Part shown: piece after piece, positions 55,573 to 64,000 of the stretch
How positions within the stretch are numbered: the stretch's first letter is position 1
Layout of the letters: each line of letters begins with the position of its first letter
IMG/VR virus record: IMGVR_UViG_3300031565_000011
DNA: 64,000 nucleotides
Source of the DNA: an uncultured virus (IMG/VR IMGVR_UViG_3300031565_000011)
Taxonomy: Duplodnaviria > Heunggongvirae > Uroviricota > Caudoviricetes
Direction: 5' to 3' (one strand)
Program-made: the position numbers and the translations under genes
The notes under the pieces: model-generated
What the model was told of the DNA's origin: nothing
What the model saw: only the letters and a program-made list of their open reading frames with translations
Database searches by the model: none

Positions 55573-56371
55573 GGCCTTGCAGTTTCCTCTTGAACCGTGA
55601 AAGCAAGTCTAATCCTTCGACCGACTTTCTGATTTCCTTCACCGATACAGGCTCATCAACTACTTCGCGGTTTGATCGACCAAGGATGTTCCGCATTTTC
55701 CCTATCTTCTCGGCGTAGGAGCCAGGAACTACTTGCCTAACAGGCCAAATTGGGCGGTCGTCGACCGGAGCATTCGCGGTCGCATTGTCCATTGATTCTC
55801 CTAATACTCTTGCCACATCGGTGTCATCTTCGATGAAATCACCAATGGTCTTGGCCAATGGATATCTGATACCATTGATTCGAGGCTGTCGGCGTATGAA
55901 GTCTTCTGTTGATTCAATTCCATCCCTGGAATTTAGAGGAACTTCTCGGTCGGCCCTTCTTGTGGTCGGGCTTATAGATTCCATTTCTCCCGATCCAACA
56001 ATCCCGACCTCGCGAATGAATACTTGCGAACCAGGTTCGTACTCAGCTTTTAGTGGAGGAATGAATGACTCCACAACGAATATCTTATACGAATAAAGAG
56101 TTCGTTTCTTACCCCACCACTCCCTTCTTTCCTCGTCTGAAATCCTGTGCCTTGGTCGTATGGACTCGAACTGTTTGATGGTAATCTTTTTCGGAATAGC
56201 GAAAGTTATAATTGCCCATACTTCACCCCCGGCGACCACGTACACTTCCTTACCAACATATTTCTGGAATGCCTCTGACTTTACGAATAGAGCCTTCTTG
56301 CCTTCTGCTACAAACTGAGCATGCGACCGAACCAAGATAAGACCCGGGAGTTTCTTCGGCATATCAGCCAT
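55565..56371 (-). CDS. ASCH/PUA-like domain protein
   Basis: GL.L...HA..V..GKK...VKS, LY.Y and P......PG.Q.F; GGAGG RBS before 56371. Confidence 0.55.
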   Translation of the reverse strand: MADMPKKLPGLILVRSHAQFVAEGKKALFVKSEAFQKYVGKEVYVVAGGEVWAIITFAIPKKITIKQFESIRPRHRISDEERREWWGKKRTLYSYKIFVVESFIPPLKAEYEPGSQVFIREVGIVGSGEMESISPTTRRADREVPLNSRDGIESTEDFIRRQPRINGIRYPLAKTIGDFIEDDTDVARVLGESMDNATANAPVDDRPIWPVRQVVPGSYAEKIGKMRNILGRSNREVVDEPVSVKEIRKSVEGLDLLSRFKRKLQGHE

Positions 56372-56372
56372 G

Positions 56373-56612
56373 TCAATCTCCTCCCACTTCCTCTCGAACC
56401 TTGACCTCCGCACGATTATCCGGTTTCTTTGTAAGAATATTGAAAAACTCCTGCATCGAAATATCATCCGAAACTTTCTCGCATTTTTTTACTACCATAA
56501 TCCAGAACGCGAGGGTCCCGTACGATATACTCGACTCTTTACGTTTCTCAAGTTCGGCGAGAACTTCTTTCGCCATTTGTAAATCGGCCACTATTGGCTT
56601 GTCTTCTATCAT
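56373..56612 (-). CDS. Hypothetical protein
   Basis: Coupled ORF. Confidence 0.55.
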   Translation of the reverse strand: MIEDKPIVADLQMAKEVLAELEKRKESSISYGTLAFWIMVVKKCEKVSDDISMQEFFNILTKKPDNRAEVKVREEVGGD

Positions 56613-56616
56613 TACT

Positions 56617-56736
56617 CTATTCCTTTATACGAATCATTTCACCGCAGTGGATACACTGAACCCATTTCGCCCCAGCGGGCACTAATGCCGGAGTTTTCTT
56701 TTTACATTTCTTACAAACAAATGTTCTGGCTATCAT
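56617..56736 (-). CDS. 39-aa zinc-ribbon protein
   Basis: Not in the ORF track: MIARTFVCKKCKKKTPALVPAGAKWVQCIHCGEMIRIKE. Confidence 0.6.
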   Translation of the reverse strand: MIARTFVCKKCKKKTPALVPAGAKWVQCIHCGEMIRIKE

Positions 56737-56738
56737 GT

Positions 56739-56909
56739 CTATTTTTTCTCCTCATCTCGGACGTCTTGTTTTCTTTTCAATATTTCATAGAAATCAAATT
56801 TTCCACACTTGCATTGATATAATCCCTGAAGTAAAATAAAGCGGGTTTGACAAAATTTACATATTGGATTCTTGGGTCGTTCATTATCCCGTGATTCGTC
56901 AAAGGCCAT
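56739..56909 (-). CDS. Small zinc-ribbon protein
   Basis: CKFC...CKCG; GGAGG RBS. Confidence 0.55.
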   Translation of the reverse strand: MAFDESRDNERPKNPICKFCQTRFILLQGLYQCKCGKFDFYEILKRKQDVRDEEKK

Positions 56910-56923
56910 TGATAGCCCCTCCA

Positions 56924-58186
56924 CTATGCGTAAACTAACTCAATATTAAGATAACCTATCGAACCGCCAATCAAATTATGGTCAATTTGTAGTCCGCAAT
57001 GATCTCCGGCAGCCAAAACAGAAAATACCGGGCTCAAGTCAAGTTCCCACAAACGGTCTCCCAACCCCGTCAAATCATAGGTATTGGCAACCTCCGATTC
57101 TGCGTGTGCATTATAAAGCTCACCGTGTTGGGCATAATTAGAAAAAAGGTCAATATCCTTCCCAGCACCGGCAGCAGCAGGCTGGACAATTCCAATAATC
57201 TTAAGAGAAACAAGTGAAACGAATTCATCTGGAATATAAAAAGAAAAATGACCTTGGCCATCGGTCGCAACTAAATTAACTGCAAATTCACCATACACTC
57301 CAACCCTTGTCAAGGCGAAAACTACCTTCTTAGCCGGTGGCGGGGCAGAAATGATTTCTCCGGCAGCATTCGTTTTAAGAATCTCATCTGCTGTAAGTGT
57401 GGCTAATTCCCAGTCTATCCCTCCCGCATCCTGCAAGCGCTTTACCCTTGCCTGTAGTAAGTCAGCCGCTAAGAATGAATCCGATCCGCCCGTTTTATGT
57501 GTATCCTTATGTGCTTGCGGAATTTGCGCATTAGCAAGAATTCCAAGTAAACCAGTCACAACTATTTCATCTGCTCCACCGGTCTCATGAGAAGGATTGT
57601 GTACGGCCGGTAATAATTCGCCATCAACTGGCCTAGTATGGTGAGCAGCCGTAACCGCTGAGTGGTTTGAAATAGCAGTATTTCTTTCGGTGGGAGTATC
57701 AGCTCCGATTCCCACCGGTGTAACCGGATCGCTTCCACCCATATGTGACGCCGCATGAGCTTTAGGCGGCTGAGGAGTAACAGACTCTCCTGCGAGCCCA
57801 GTCAAGTTTATTTCGTCTGTTCCGCTATCTTCATGACTCGAAGCGTGGACAGCCGGAGGAGTTGCCGGCAGATTAACCAAGGGAACCAATGCCGAACCAT
57901 CCAAAGGGGCGTATCCATTCGCAACCCCTTTCTCTGCTAAAATCTCTAACTGAATCCAAGCGGAGCCATTGTAATACTCGTAACCAACTCGAGTAACGTT
58001 ATAGCCGACAGGATATGGGTTATTCGGGTCTGGAGTAGGACGACCACCATCATTCGCCCACGTCCCCCCTCGAGCATCAGTAATCGCGCCGATCTGTTCT
58101 TCCTGTTTATTATGGTCATCAGCCTCGACAACATCTACCGCATCGCCAACGATTTTCTTGACGTAGGGATATTGAACTCCAGCCAT
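56924..58186 (-). CDS. Fibre-like virion protein with HxxxHxxGGxD repeats
   Basis: KG.ANGYAPLD motif, His repeats and a beta-rich C-terminal domain. Confidence 0.65.
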   Translation of the reverse strand: MAGVQYPYVKKIVGDAVDVVEADDHNKQEEQIGAITDARGGTWANDGGRPTPDPNNPYPVGYNVTRVGYEYYNGSAWIQLEILAEKGVANGYAPLDGSALVPLVNLPATPPAVHASSHEDSGTDEINLTGLAGESVTPQPPKAHAASHMGGSDPVTPVGIGADTPTERNTAISNHSAVTAAHHTRPVDGELLPAVHNPSHETGGADEIVVTGLLGILANAQIPQAHKDTHKTGGSDSFLAADLLQARVKRLQDAGGIDWELATLTADEILKTNAAGEIISAPPPAKKVVFALTRVGVYGEFAVNLVATDGQGHFSFYIPDEFVSLVSLKIIGIVQPAAAGAGKDIDLFSNYAQHGELYNAHAESEVANTYDLTGLGDRLWELDLSPVFSVLAAGDHCGLQIDHNLIGGSIGYLNIELVYA

Positions 58187-58277
58187 TTGTTCAGTCCTTT
58201 CCAATCGTCAAATTAAAGTAACCTTATAATTTCCAGATGCGGGAACCTGCCATTTGCATCGCCCATATTAACTCTGT

Positions 58278-59345
58278 TTAGGCCAACTTCATAATATGAA
58301 CCCTTGTACTTTCCAAACCAGTGTTTATTGCTTTTGCCCCGCCTGTATTTTGGTAGCCGTAAATATAAACCACTTCATCTACTGGTAAATAAAGTATTGC
58401 AGTGACCATCGGATTAATTATTTCCTGATTAGTCCCAATATCTGCCGCGTACCCAATTCCCTGCCCGACATTATATCCATCGACATTAATTGCGATACTA
58501 TAAAGAACGTCGGGCGCAACATCGCTTATTCTAAAAGCAGCGCTCACCAAATAATAACCCGCCTTTGTTACGGTGAAACCGCTGGTGCCTGTATCAAATT
58601 CTCCTTGAATATCAAATACTTCCGTATCAAAAGGAATTTTAGTCCAGCTGGCGTTAGGCATATCCCATGCTGCGTTCCTGTAGGCAGAACACCCGCTTTG
58701 CTTCGGGAAATCTACAATTCCCCCATCATATATTTTCATTACCTGAGTTCCGCCGTCTTGGACATCCACGCTATCAGCGGCGGCAGTTTGATTTACTGTG
58801 AGCTTCTTAAAAGCAGGTGAATCCGTCCCGACTAATCCCGTCCCGCTTCGCTTCAGGATATCGCCGTCCGCGACTGCCCCGACCAGTAGGTCGGTGGGAC
58901 CCGTAGTCGTCCTCAGTCTTTTTGCAACCGCTTCCAAGAGATCAGTCGAAGCAAAGGGGTCGGTTCCTCCGCTCTTGTGCGAATCCTTATGCGCCAATGG
59001 GGTTCTCGACGATCCTTGATCGTCAAGCGTTGCGTTGGAAACTAAAGCATTTAATTCAGCCAGTGTCGCCGACGAATGGTCAGACCCACCAAGAGCATGG
59101 GGGGAGAGAGAAAATCCACCGAGCGCTGAATCTATTCCGCCAAGGTGGTCATCGACAATCTGATTCCCGCCCCCGCCAAGTATATAATTGATGGGCGAGT
59201 GTGTCGTGCGCCCGTACTGCCCCACGTTGAGCCTCGAACCGCCAGTCAACGCTTCAATCAGGGTGGCGAGAAGGCTCCCGTCCGCGTCTGCGGCATTACA
59301 GTTCATTAGGGAGCCGTCTTTAATTTTGACAAGAGCCTCAGCCAT
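58278..59345 (-). CDS. Fibre-like protein with C-terminal C1q/TNF-like domain
   Basis: W.KI.FDTE.FD..EFD....FT..KAG.Y.V, typical of trimeric C1q-like heads. Confidence 0.65.
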   Translation of the reverse strand: MAEALVKIKDGSLMNCNAADADGSLLATLIEALTGGSRLNVGQYGRTTHSPINYILGGGGNQIVDDHLGGIDSALGGFSLSPHALGGSDHSSATLAELNALVSNATLDDQGSSRTPLAHKDSHKSGGTDPFASTDLLEAVAKRLRTTTGPTDLLVGAVADGDILKRSGTGLVGTDSPAFKKLTVNQTAAADSVDVQDGGTQVMKIYDGGIVDFPKQSGCSAYRNAAWDMPNASWTKIPFDTEVFDIQGEFDTGTSGFTVTKAGYYLVSAAFRISDVAPDVLYSIAINVDGYNVGQGIGYAADIGTNQEIINPMVTAILYLPVDEVVYIYGYQNTGGAKAINTGLESTRVHIMKLA

Positions 59346-59787
59346 TCTTATTCCTCTTTCTGGCTGTGCCCTTTGGTGCCACGAACATGCGCCCACCTTC
59401 GATCAGAACTTCCTCGTCCTCGCCAACGCCCAACCGCTGAAGAAGAATCCTATTCTCGCGGAACAAATCCTGCTCCTCGCGAGTCACCACGATCTCCTTC
59501 AAGTCGGCGGTCTCGCGTCTTAGCACGAGGATTTCCTCGTCCTTGCGGGCTACTACTCGCTTGAGCATGACGATATTTTTCTTTTCGCCGATCAGTTCCT
59601 CTTGCAGCAGCGCAAACTTATACTGGAGGGCCTGTATTGAATCCAGAGGCCGCACCGTCGGCGACGGCTCCCGTTTAGGGACGTTGGCCTCCTCCTTCAC
59701 GATTGTTGGAGGATAAGAAAGAGAAGCATCAGATAATACCTTTTCCGCTGGCTTCTTCTCGCCTCTACGTGTTCTCTTTGTTCCCAT
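59338..59787 (-). CDS. Coiled-coil protein (possible fibre chaperone)
   Basis: Heptad-rich; located between fibre genes. Confidence 0.55.
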   Translation of the reverse strand: MGTKRTRRGEKKPAEKVLSDASLSYPPTIVKEEANVPKREPSPTVRPLDSIQALQYKFALLQEELIGEKKNIVMLKRVVARKDEEILVLRRETADLKEIVVTREEQDLFRENRILLQRLGVGEDEEVLIEGGRMFVAPKGTARKRNKNG

Positions 59788-59816
59788 GGAAAACTCCTTA
59801 CCAAGGTCAAGTCCCC

Positions 59817-62171
59817 TTACGCTTCGAAAGCGTACTCCTTGTTCGCGAATAGAATAACCTTCGCGTTGACCCCGATCCCGTCCGCTGTCCCCTTAAACAC
59901 CTTCCCGGTAGTAGGGACCGCGGTAGTCCACTTATGCTCATTGGGATCGGCGTTGCAAAGGAAAACCTCCTCTCCGTAGACGGTAGGTTCCTCGGCGGCA
60001 ACCCACACAACAGATAGAATTCCCATCGGGGAGAAGTACCCGGTTGCAGTCGCGGCTCCGGTAGTAGTCGCGATCCCCGCGAACCCATCGCTCGCCGCTG
60101 CGCGTCGAACCAGTTGGCCAGACCCGTCAAACTTCACGGCATCCTTAGCGGTTATCCCTCCTGTGCCGATAGTCTTCGCGAATTGCGGGCCACCGTAGAG
60201 ACCGTCCATTATGAACACGTCAGCGATCAGCTCGCCGTTGATATGCTGATCCCCACTGAAGATGTTGTCTGCGGCCCTGAAACTACTATGGTCGTCAGAG
60301 TCGTGCCGGGTTTCGTTGAGGTACTGAGTGTGATCGTCATCGGCGAGGCCGTTCAGGGCGAGGCCGTGGTCTATCTTCCCACCGACCCCACTGCCGGCCG
60401 ACTGGTGAGTGTGGTCCTTTACCTTCTGGAGGTCAGCCAGCTCGCCGCTCAAACTGGCAACACTGATCTCGTCGGCTCCACTATTCTCGTGACGGCCCGA
60501 GTGATCGGCATAGGGATCGTCTGTGAGATCAGCGAAAGCAAGAACCTCCTGAATCCAGCCGGCGGCGAGTTTCCCTGCCCCGTCTGCGATGGGGATCTTG
60601 CTCGCAGTGGGCGTGGCCGTGGCGTTCGCGGGGTCCTTAATCACCTTCAAACTTGCATTTAATCCAGCATACCCACTGGCCGCCTCGCGTTCGGACTCCT
60701 TCTGGTAAACCGTGTGCGGATCGGCTGCCCCAACGTGATCGAAAGCCCAATCTGAAGTCGGAGCCTTCGTTGTTTCACCGTCGGTGGGAGTTCCAGTCAG
60801 GTGGTCGGTGATTGAAGCGGGTTGCTGCACGACCTTGGAGCTGGCATCAAGGGATGCGTATCCGCTCGCAGCCGCTTTGTTTCCGGTGTGTTCTATGGTG
60901 TTAGCCCCGGCACCATGGACGCCAGTCGTAAGACCTTTATGGGTCGCAAGCGTAGATGGCTCCCCATCCAGGCCAGCAAGACTCATCTCATCCCCGCCAG
61001 CGTTTTCATGCGTAGCTTTATGGAGTTTGGGATCTTGAGACCCGCGGCTCGAAGCGTCCAGACCCATGTAGCCACTCGCAGAACCCTTCTCAGATTCCTT
61101 CTGATACTCGGGATGCTGATCTGCATCATTCTCGTGGTCGTATGCCCAGTTGGAACTAATCGGCGCAGTCGTCGCAGCATTCACCGGCGTATCGTCAACA
61201 TCAAGCTGGCCGAGAAGAGTATCATCGGAAATCTTGGCGCTGAATTCCGCTTTCGTACAAATGCCGTGGACAGACGCATCAAGGTCATGGTCGCGGGCAT
61301 GGTGATCATCGATGGATATATCATTCAAATCATCGTGGCTCATAGTTCCTGGACCGAATTTCACAAAGGTCTGTGAATCAGTCCCGATAGTATCCACCTC
61401 AGCGGTTAGTACCCACTGCTCGTCCCCGTTGAGCGTCCCCTCATCAATGAAAAGCATCATTCCAGCGTTCACCTCGGCGGCCTCGTCGGAATCAATCACG
61501 CGAGTGAACACGAAAGGATTTCCGACGTCCCCAAGGGCCGTTACCTTGTAAATTCCGTTCTGAAGCGCAGCAGCTTGGTTCTTCACAAGAATGCGATCAT
61601 CGACGGCCATGCTGACGCCATCCTGCGCCGGGAGCGCGCCGTTGGCATTGGCGGTGAGAGTAGCTCCCACTCCGAGCGTACCATTGTCATAGGTGCAAGC
61701 TGGGAGGGCAGCAGTAGTCGATACCCGAGCGGACGGCTTGGACTGTAGCCCAGTTCCGACGCTATCTACATATGCTTTAGTCGCAAGATGAGTTCCTTCC
61801 GTCGGAGCTATACCGGCGACCACGCCTGAAAACGCCCGTGTACCATCGGCCTTGGTGTAAAGGGGATGGTCGTCATCGCCCCTTCCGGTCAACGCTCCGT
61901 GGTCGACCGTTCCAGCTTCAGCGCCGGCAGATGCGTGGGTGTGATCGCCGATTGCCGAATGCTGCGCCCTGGCCGTCCCTTCATCGTGGGTGTCATAGTC
62001 AGTCTTCAACTGCGCCACGTCCACGCTATCCACGGTGCCGGTTACTGAGATGTTGCCGGTCACCTCTAAGCCGTTGGAAACCTTCAACTTTGGAATAGTC
62101 CCGTAATTAGCCGTGTTCGGAACCCCAAGGTTGCCAGTGGCAAGCACGACCGCTAATTTGTAGTCCGCCAT
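59817..62171 (-). CDS. Long fibre/appendage virion protein
   Basis: H.ATK.YVD, DG......RILVKNQ...NGIY, DH..L.G..DDDH..Y, and A.GY..LD.S repeats. Confidence 0.75.
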   Translation of the reverse strand: MADYKLAVVLATGNLGVPNTANYGTIPKLKVSNGLEVTGNISVTGTVDSVDVAQLKTDYDTHDEGTARAQHSAIGDHTHASAGAEAGTVDHGALTGRGDDDHPLYTKADGTRAFSGVVAGIAPTEGTHLATKAYVDSVGTGLQSKPSARVSTTAALPACTYDNGTLGVGATLTANANGALPAQDGVSMAVDDRILVKNQAAALQNGIYKVTALGDVGNPFVFTRVIDSDEAAEVNAGMMLFIDEGTLNGDEQWVLTAEVDTIGTDSQTFVKFGPGTMSHDDLNDISIDDHHARDHDLDASVHGICTKAEFSAKISDDTLLGQLDVDDTPVNAATTAPISSNWAYDHENDADQHPEYQKESEKGSASGYMGLDASSRGSQDPKLHKATHENAGGDEMSLAGLDGEPSTLATHKGLTTGVHGAGANTIEHTGNKAAASGYASLDASSKVVQQPASITDHLTGTPTDGETTKAPTSDWAFDHVGAADPHTVYQKESEREAASGYAGLNASLKVIKDPANATATPTASKIPIADGAGKLAAGWIQEVLAFADLTDDPYADHSGRHENSGADEISVASLSGELADLQKVKDHTHQSAGSGVGGKIDHGLALNGLADDDHTQYLNETRHDSDDHSSFRAADNIFSGDQHINGELIADVFIMDGLYGGPQFAKTIGTGGITAKDAVKFDGSGQLVRRAAASDGFAGIATTTGAATATGYFSPMGILSVVWVAAEEPTVYGEEVFLCNADPNEHKWTTAVPTTGKVFKGTADGIGVNAKVILFANKEYAFEA

Positions 62172-62210
62172 CTCACATTCCTCCGCAATTGTAGAATTGA
62201 CTCGGTTGTC

Positions 62211-62834
62211 TTATTCTATTTCAACCACGCAGTTGGGTGCAACGATCACCTCAGTGGTATTTTTCGCTATTCCCAATCTTTGGATAATTTTATATAATGG
62301 TGGCATAGGATCAAAAATCGGGTTAACTATATGTTCCCCAGCTATTGTACTTAAGAAAAGGCGATCTTGTGCTGCGAGGCCACTAAAACCATCCACCCTT
62401 CCAAGCAACCTAACCTTAGCAATCGTAGAAATCGGCTTTACCACAACAATTCCAATAGCCTCCAGGACTTTATCTGTCGCAGATGCAAGAATTACAGTAT
62501 CATTCTCGCCCTGAGCAACCCAATTATTAACGCTAACTTCAGCGGCACAGTTATACAATACGTCAACCGACGACCCTCCGCCTCCGCCGCTCCCCCCGTA
62601 AAACTGGGTCCACTCAAAGCCATCCCAATATTCATAACATTCTTCGTCCGTGTTCCAACCAACAGGATGAGGTACTCCGACGCTTGGGGTCGGACGAGTC
62701 GCATCATCCCATGTTCCGCCAATTCGTTCTGTTAACCCTTCTATTTGATCGTCAGGATTATTGAACAAATCTTCATGAAGTGGGGTCGTCGAAACAACCT
62801 TTAACTTCGGATAAGGATATTTAATCTCACCCAT
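62211..62834 (-). CDS. Virion protein sharing its N-terminal domain with 56924-58186
   Basis: YPY...N...QI...GGTW...RPTP...PVG.N...YEY..G..W.Q is shared between the two proteins. Confidence 0.65.
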   Translation of the reverse strand: MGEIKYPYPKLKVVSTTPLHEDLFNNPDDQIEGLTERIGGTWDDATRPTPSVGVPHPVGWNTDEECYEYWDGFEWTQFYGGSGGGGGSSVDVLYNCAAEVSVNNWVAQGENDTVILASATDKVLEAIGIVVVKPISTIAKVRLLGRVDGFSGLAAQDRLFLSTIAGEHIVNPIFDPMPPLYKIIQRLGIAKNTTEVIVAPNCVVEIE

Positions 62835-62867
62835 TGCATATCACGTCCTACTTCCGCAATCGAACTA

Positions 62868-63275
62868 CTATGACGTAATTTCACTGAGCGTCGTAAATCC
62901 TTTCTTTATTCCGATCATTATACAAAGAAACATTTCACCTCCGGTCCCCTTTGCGAATGCCCAATCCCCATCCTCTGACAAACTGGACAAGTCGGATAAT
63001 ATAGGAGTAGTTCCGGCGAGTAAAATTTGAGCCTTTCCGGTAGAATGGGGAACGGGCTCTCCGAGATGGGCCCCAACAAGGCCATTTAATGTAGTTTCAT
63101 CCGGAGCAGATAAGACTCCAGAAAATACAACCTTACAGTCCCCGTTTATCTCGTCTATTCTTTCAAGCGTGGCGGATGAGATTGAACTCTGATTTATCTC
63201 GACGGTAAAAACCGAGGTATCCACCTTATGGTTGGGAAAGTTGTCGTTGATTGAATACGTATAAGTTTCGGACAT
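62868..63275 (-). CDS. Hypothetical virion-associated protein
   Basis: Coupled ORF. Confidence 0.6.
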   Translation of the reverse strand: MSETYTYSINDNFPNHKVDTSVFTVEINQSSISSATLERIDEINGDCKVVFSGVLSAPDETTLNGLVGAHLGEPVPHSTGKAQILLAGTTPILSDLSSLSEDGDWAFAKGTGGEMFLCIMIGIKKGFTTLSEITS

Positions 63276-63736
63276 TATGCCACCCTCCAAATTTCAATTC
63301 TTGCATCTGCGATTCCCTGAGCAGTTCCGCCTATGAAATCAGCGAATTGGATTTTTAATGTTTTGGCAGCCCCTGTGAAAATTATCTCTGCAAATCCGCC
63401 TATACTGGTTCTATCATTGTCCGTTTTGATTTTTCGTATCTCTTCCTGAATTACGACAGCGTTGGTGGAATTATAAAGCCTAAATTTTCCTTGATCGTCG
63501 ACGTTATCTACAGTTGCCATCCAGCCAACTCGATAAGTTCCAGTTAGTGCCGGAGTGGTAAGAGTTACCTTATCCTGATAAACGGCCGACGTTGTCGTTT
63601 GTCGTGCAAGGGAGACGGCTGTCTGATAATTCTTGCCGAAAACCGCAGCGGTTGCAGAGCCCAAGCAGCTGCACATCTGAGTACAGCTAACCTTATCGAC
63701 TTGCATGACCCCATCGATCAAACCTTCTTTTGCCAT
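63275..63736 (-). CDS. Hypothetical beta-rich virion protein
   Basis: Beta-sandwich-like C-terminal pattern. Confidence 0.6.
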   Translation of the reverse strand: MAKEGLIDGVMQVDKVSCTQMCSCLGSATAAVFGKNYQTAVSLARQTTTSAVYQDKVTLTTPALTGTYRVGWMATVDNVDDQGKFRLYNSTNAVVIQEEIRKIKTDNDRTSIGGFAEIIFTGAAKTLKIQFADFIGGTAQGIADARIEIWRVA

Positions 63737-63746
63737 CTATCTATCC

Positions 63747-64000
63747 TCAAGCCTGTAGACGAGTAACGGCAATACGAGCTTCCCATTTAATTGTCGTAGC
63801 TGCAACGCCAGTAACCCGAACGTCCACCGTCTGGTTTGTGGTATCGGCTTCCAAATTTACATCATATGCCGAGGTCGATCTACGTATAAATAAAGAAGCA
63901 GTATTGCCCTGTTGTGTGACATTCCCCGCTGTATTGCGATAAAATACTCCCTCCAGATGATAGATAGCACGTTGGGTGCCATCCGACTTCCTGGCTACAA
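63747..64000 (-). CDS. C-terminal end of a beta-rich virion protein (enters from outside the window)
   Basis: Open frame VARKSDGTQRAIY...VRVTGVAATTIKWEARIAVTRLQA*. Confidence 0.65.
   Translation of the reverse strand, partial: VARKSDGTQRAIYHLEGVFYRNTAGNVTQQGNTASLFIRRSTSAYDVNLEADTTNQTVDVRVTGVAATTIKWEARIAVTRLQA

Overview
The window is a 64-kb segment of an unannotated tailed bacteriophage with a contractile (myovirus-type) tail. Every credible gene is on the minus strand. In transcription order (64000 to 1) the modules are: (i) a cluster of fibre/appendage-like virion genes; (ii) head genes (portal, MuF with a C-terminal zincin domain, XkdF-type protease, scaffold, HK97-fold capsid); (iii) neck, sheath, tube, frameshifted tail chaperone, tape measure and an eCIS-like baseplate; (iv) a small membrane/lysis cassette; (v) DnaB helicase, a candidate origin, family-4 UDG and primase; (vi) a non-coding stretch followed by an array of small early-type genes with conserved leaders, hairpins and a covarying structured repeat; (vii) a sigma factor, then a DnaE polymerase gene broken in two by a naturally split intein with a free-standing HNH endonuclease in the gap; (viii) a sliding clamp and RFC-type loader interleaved with a 7-deazaguanine DNA-modification cluster (folE, queD, queE, queC, DpdA/TGT-like); (ix) an SSB-like gene and recA. 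The most unusual observation is that the DpdA-like transglycosylase appears to lack its N-terminal barrel segment, while three small paralogous ORFs resembling that segment lie downstream. This suggests a split enzyme with interchangeable small subunits. No terminase, integrase, endolysin, tRNA or CRISPR array was recognised. All product calls come from motif recognition by eye; no database searches were run.
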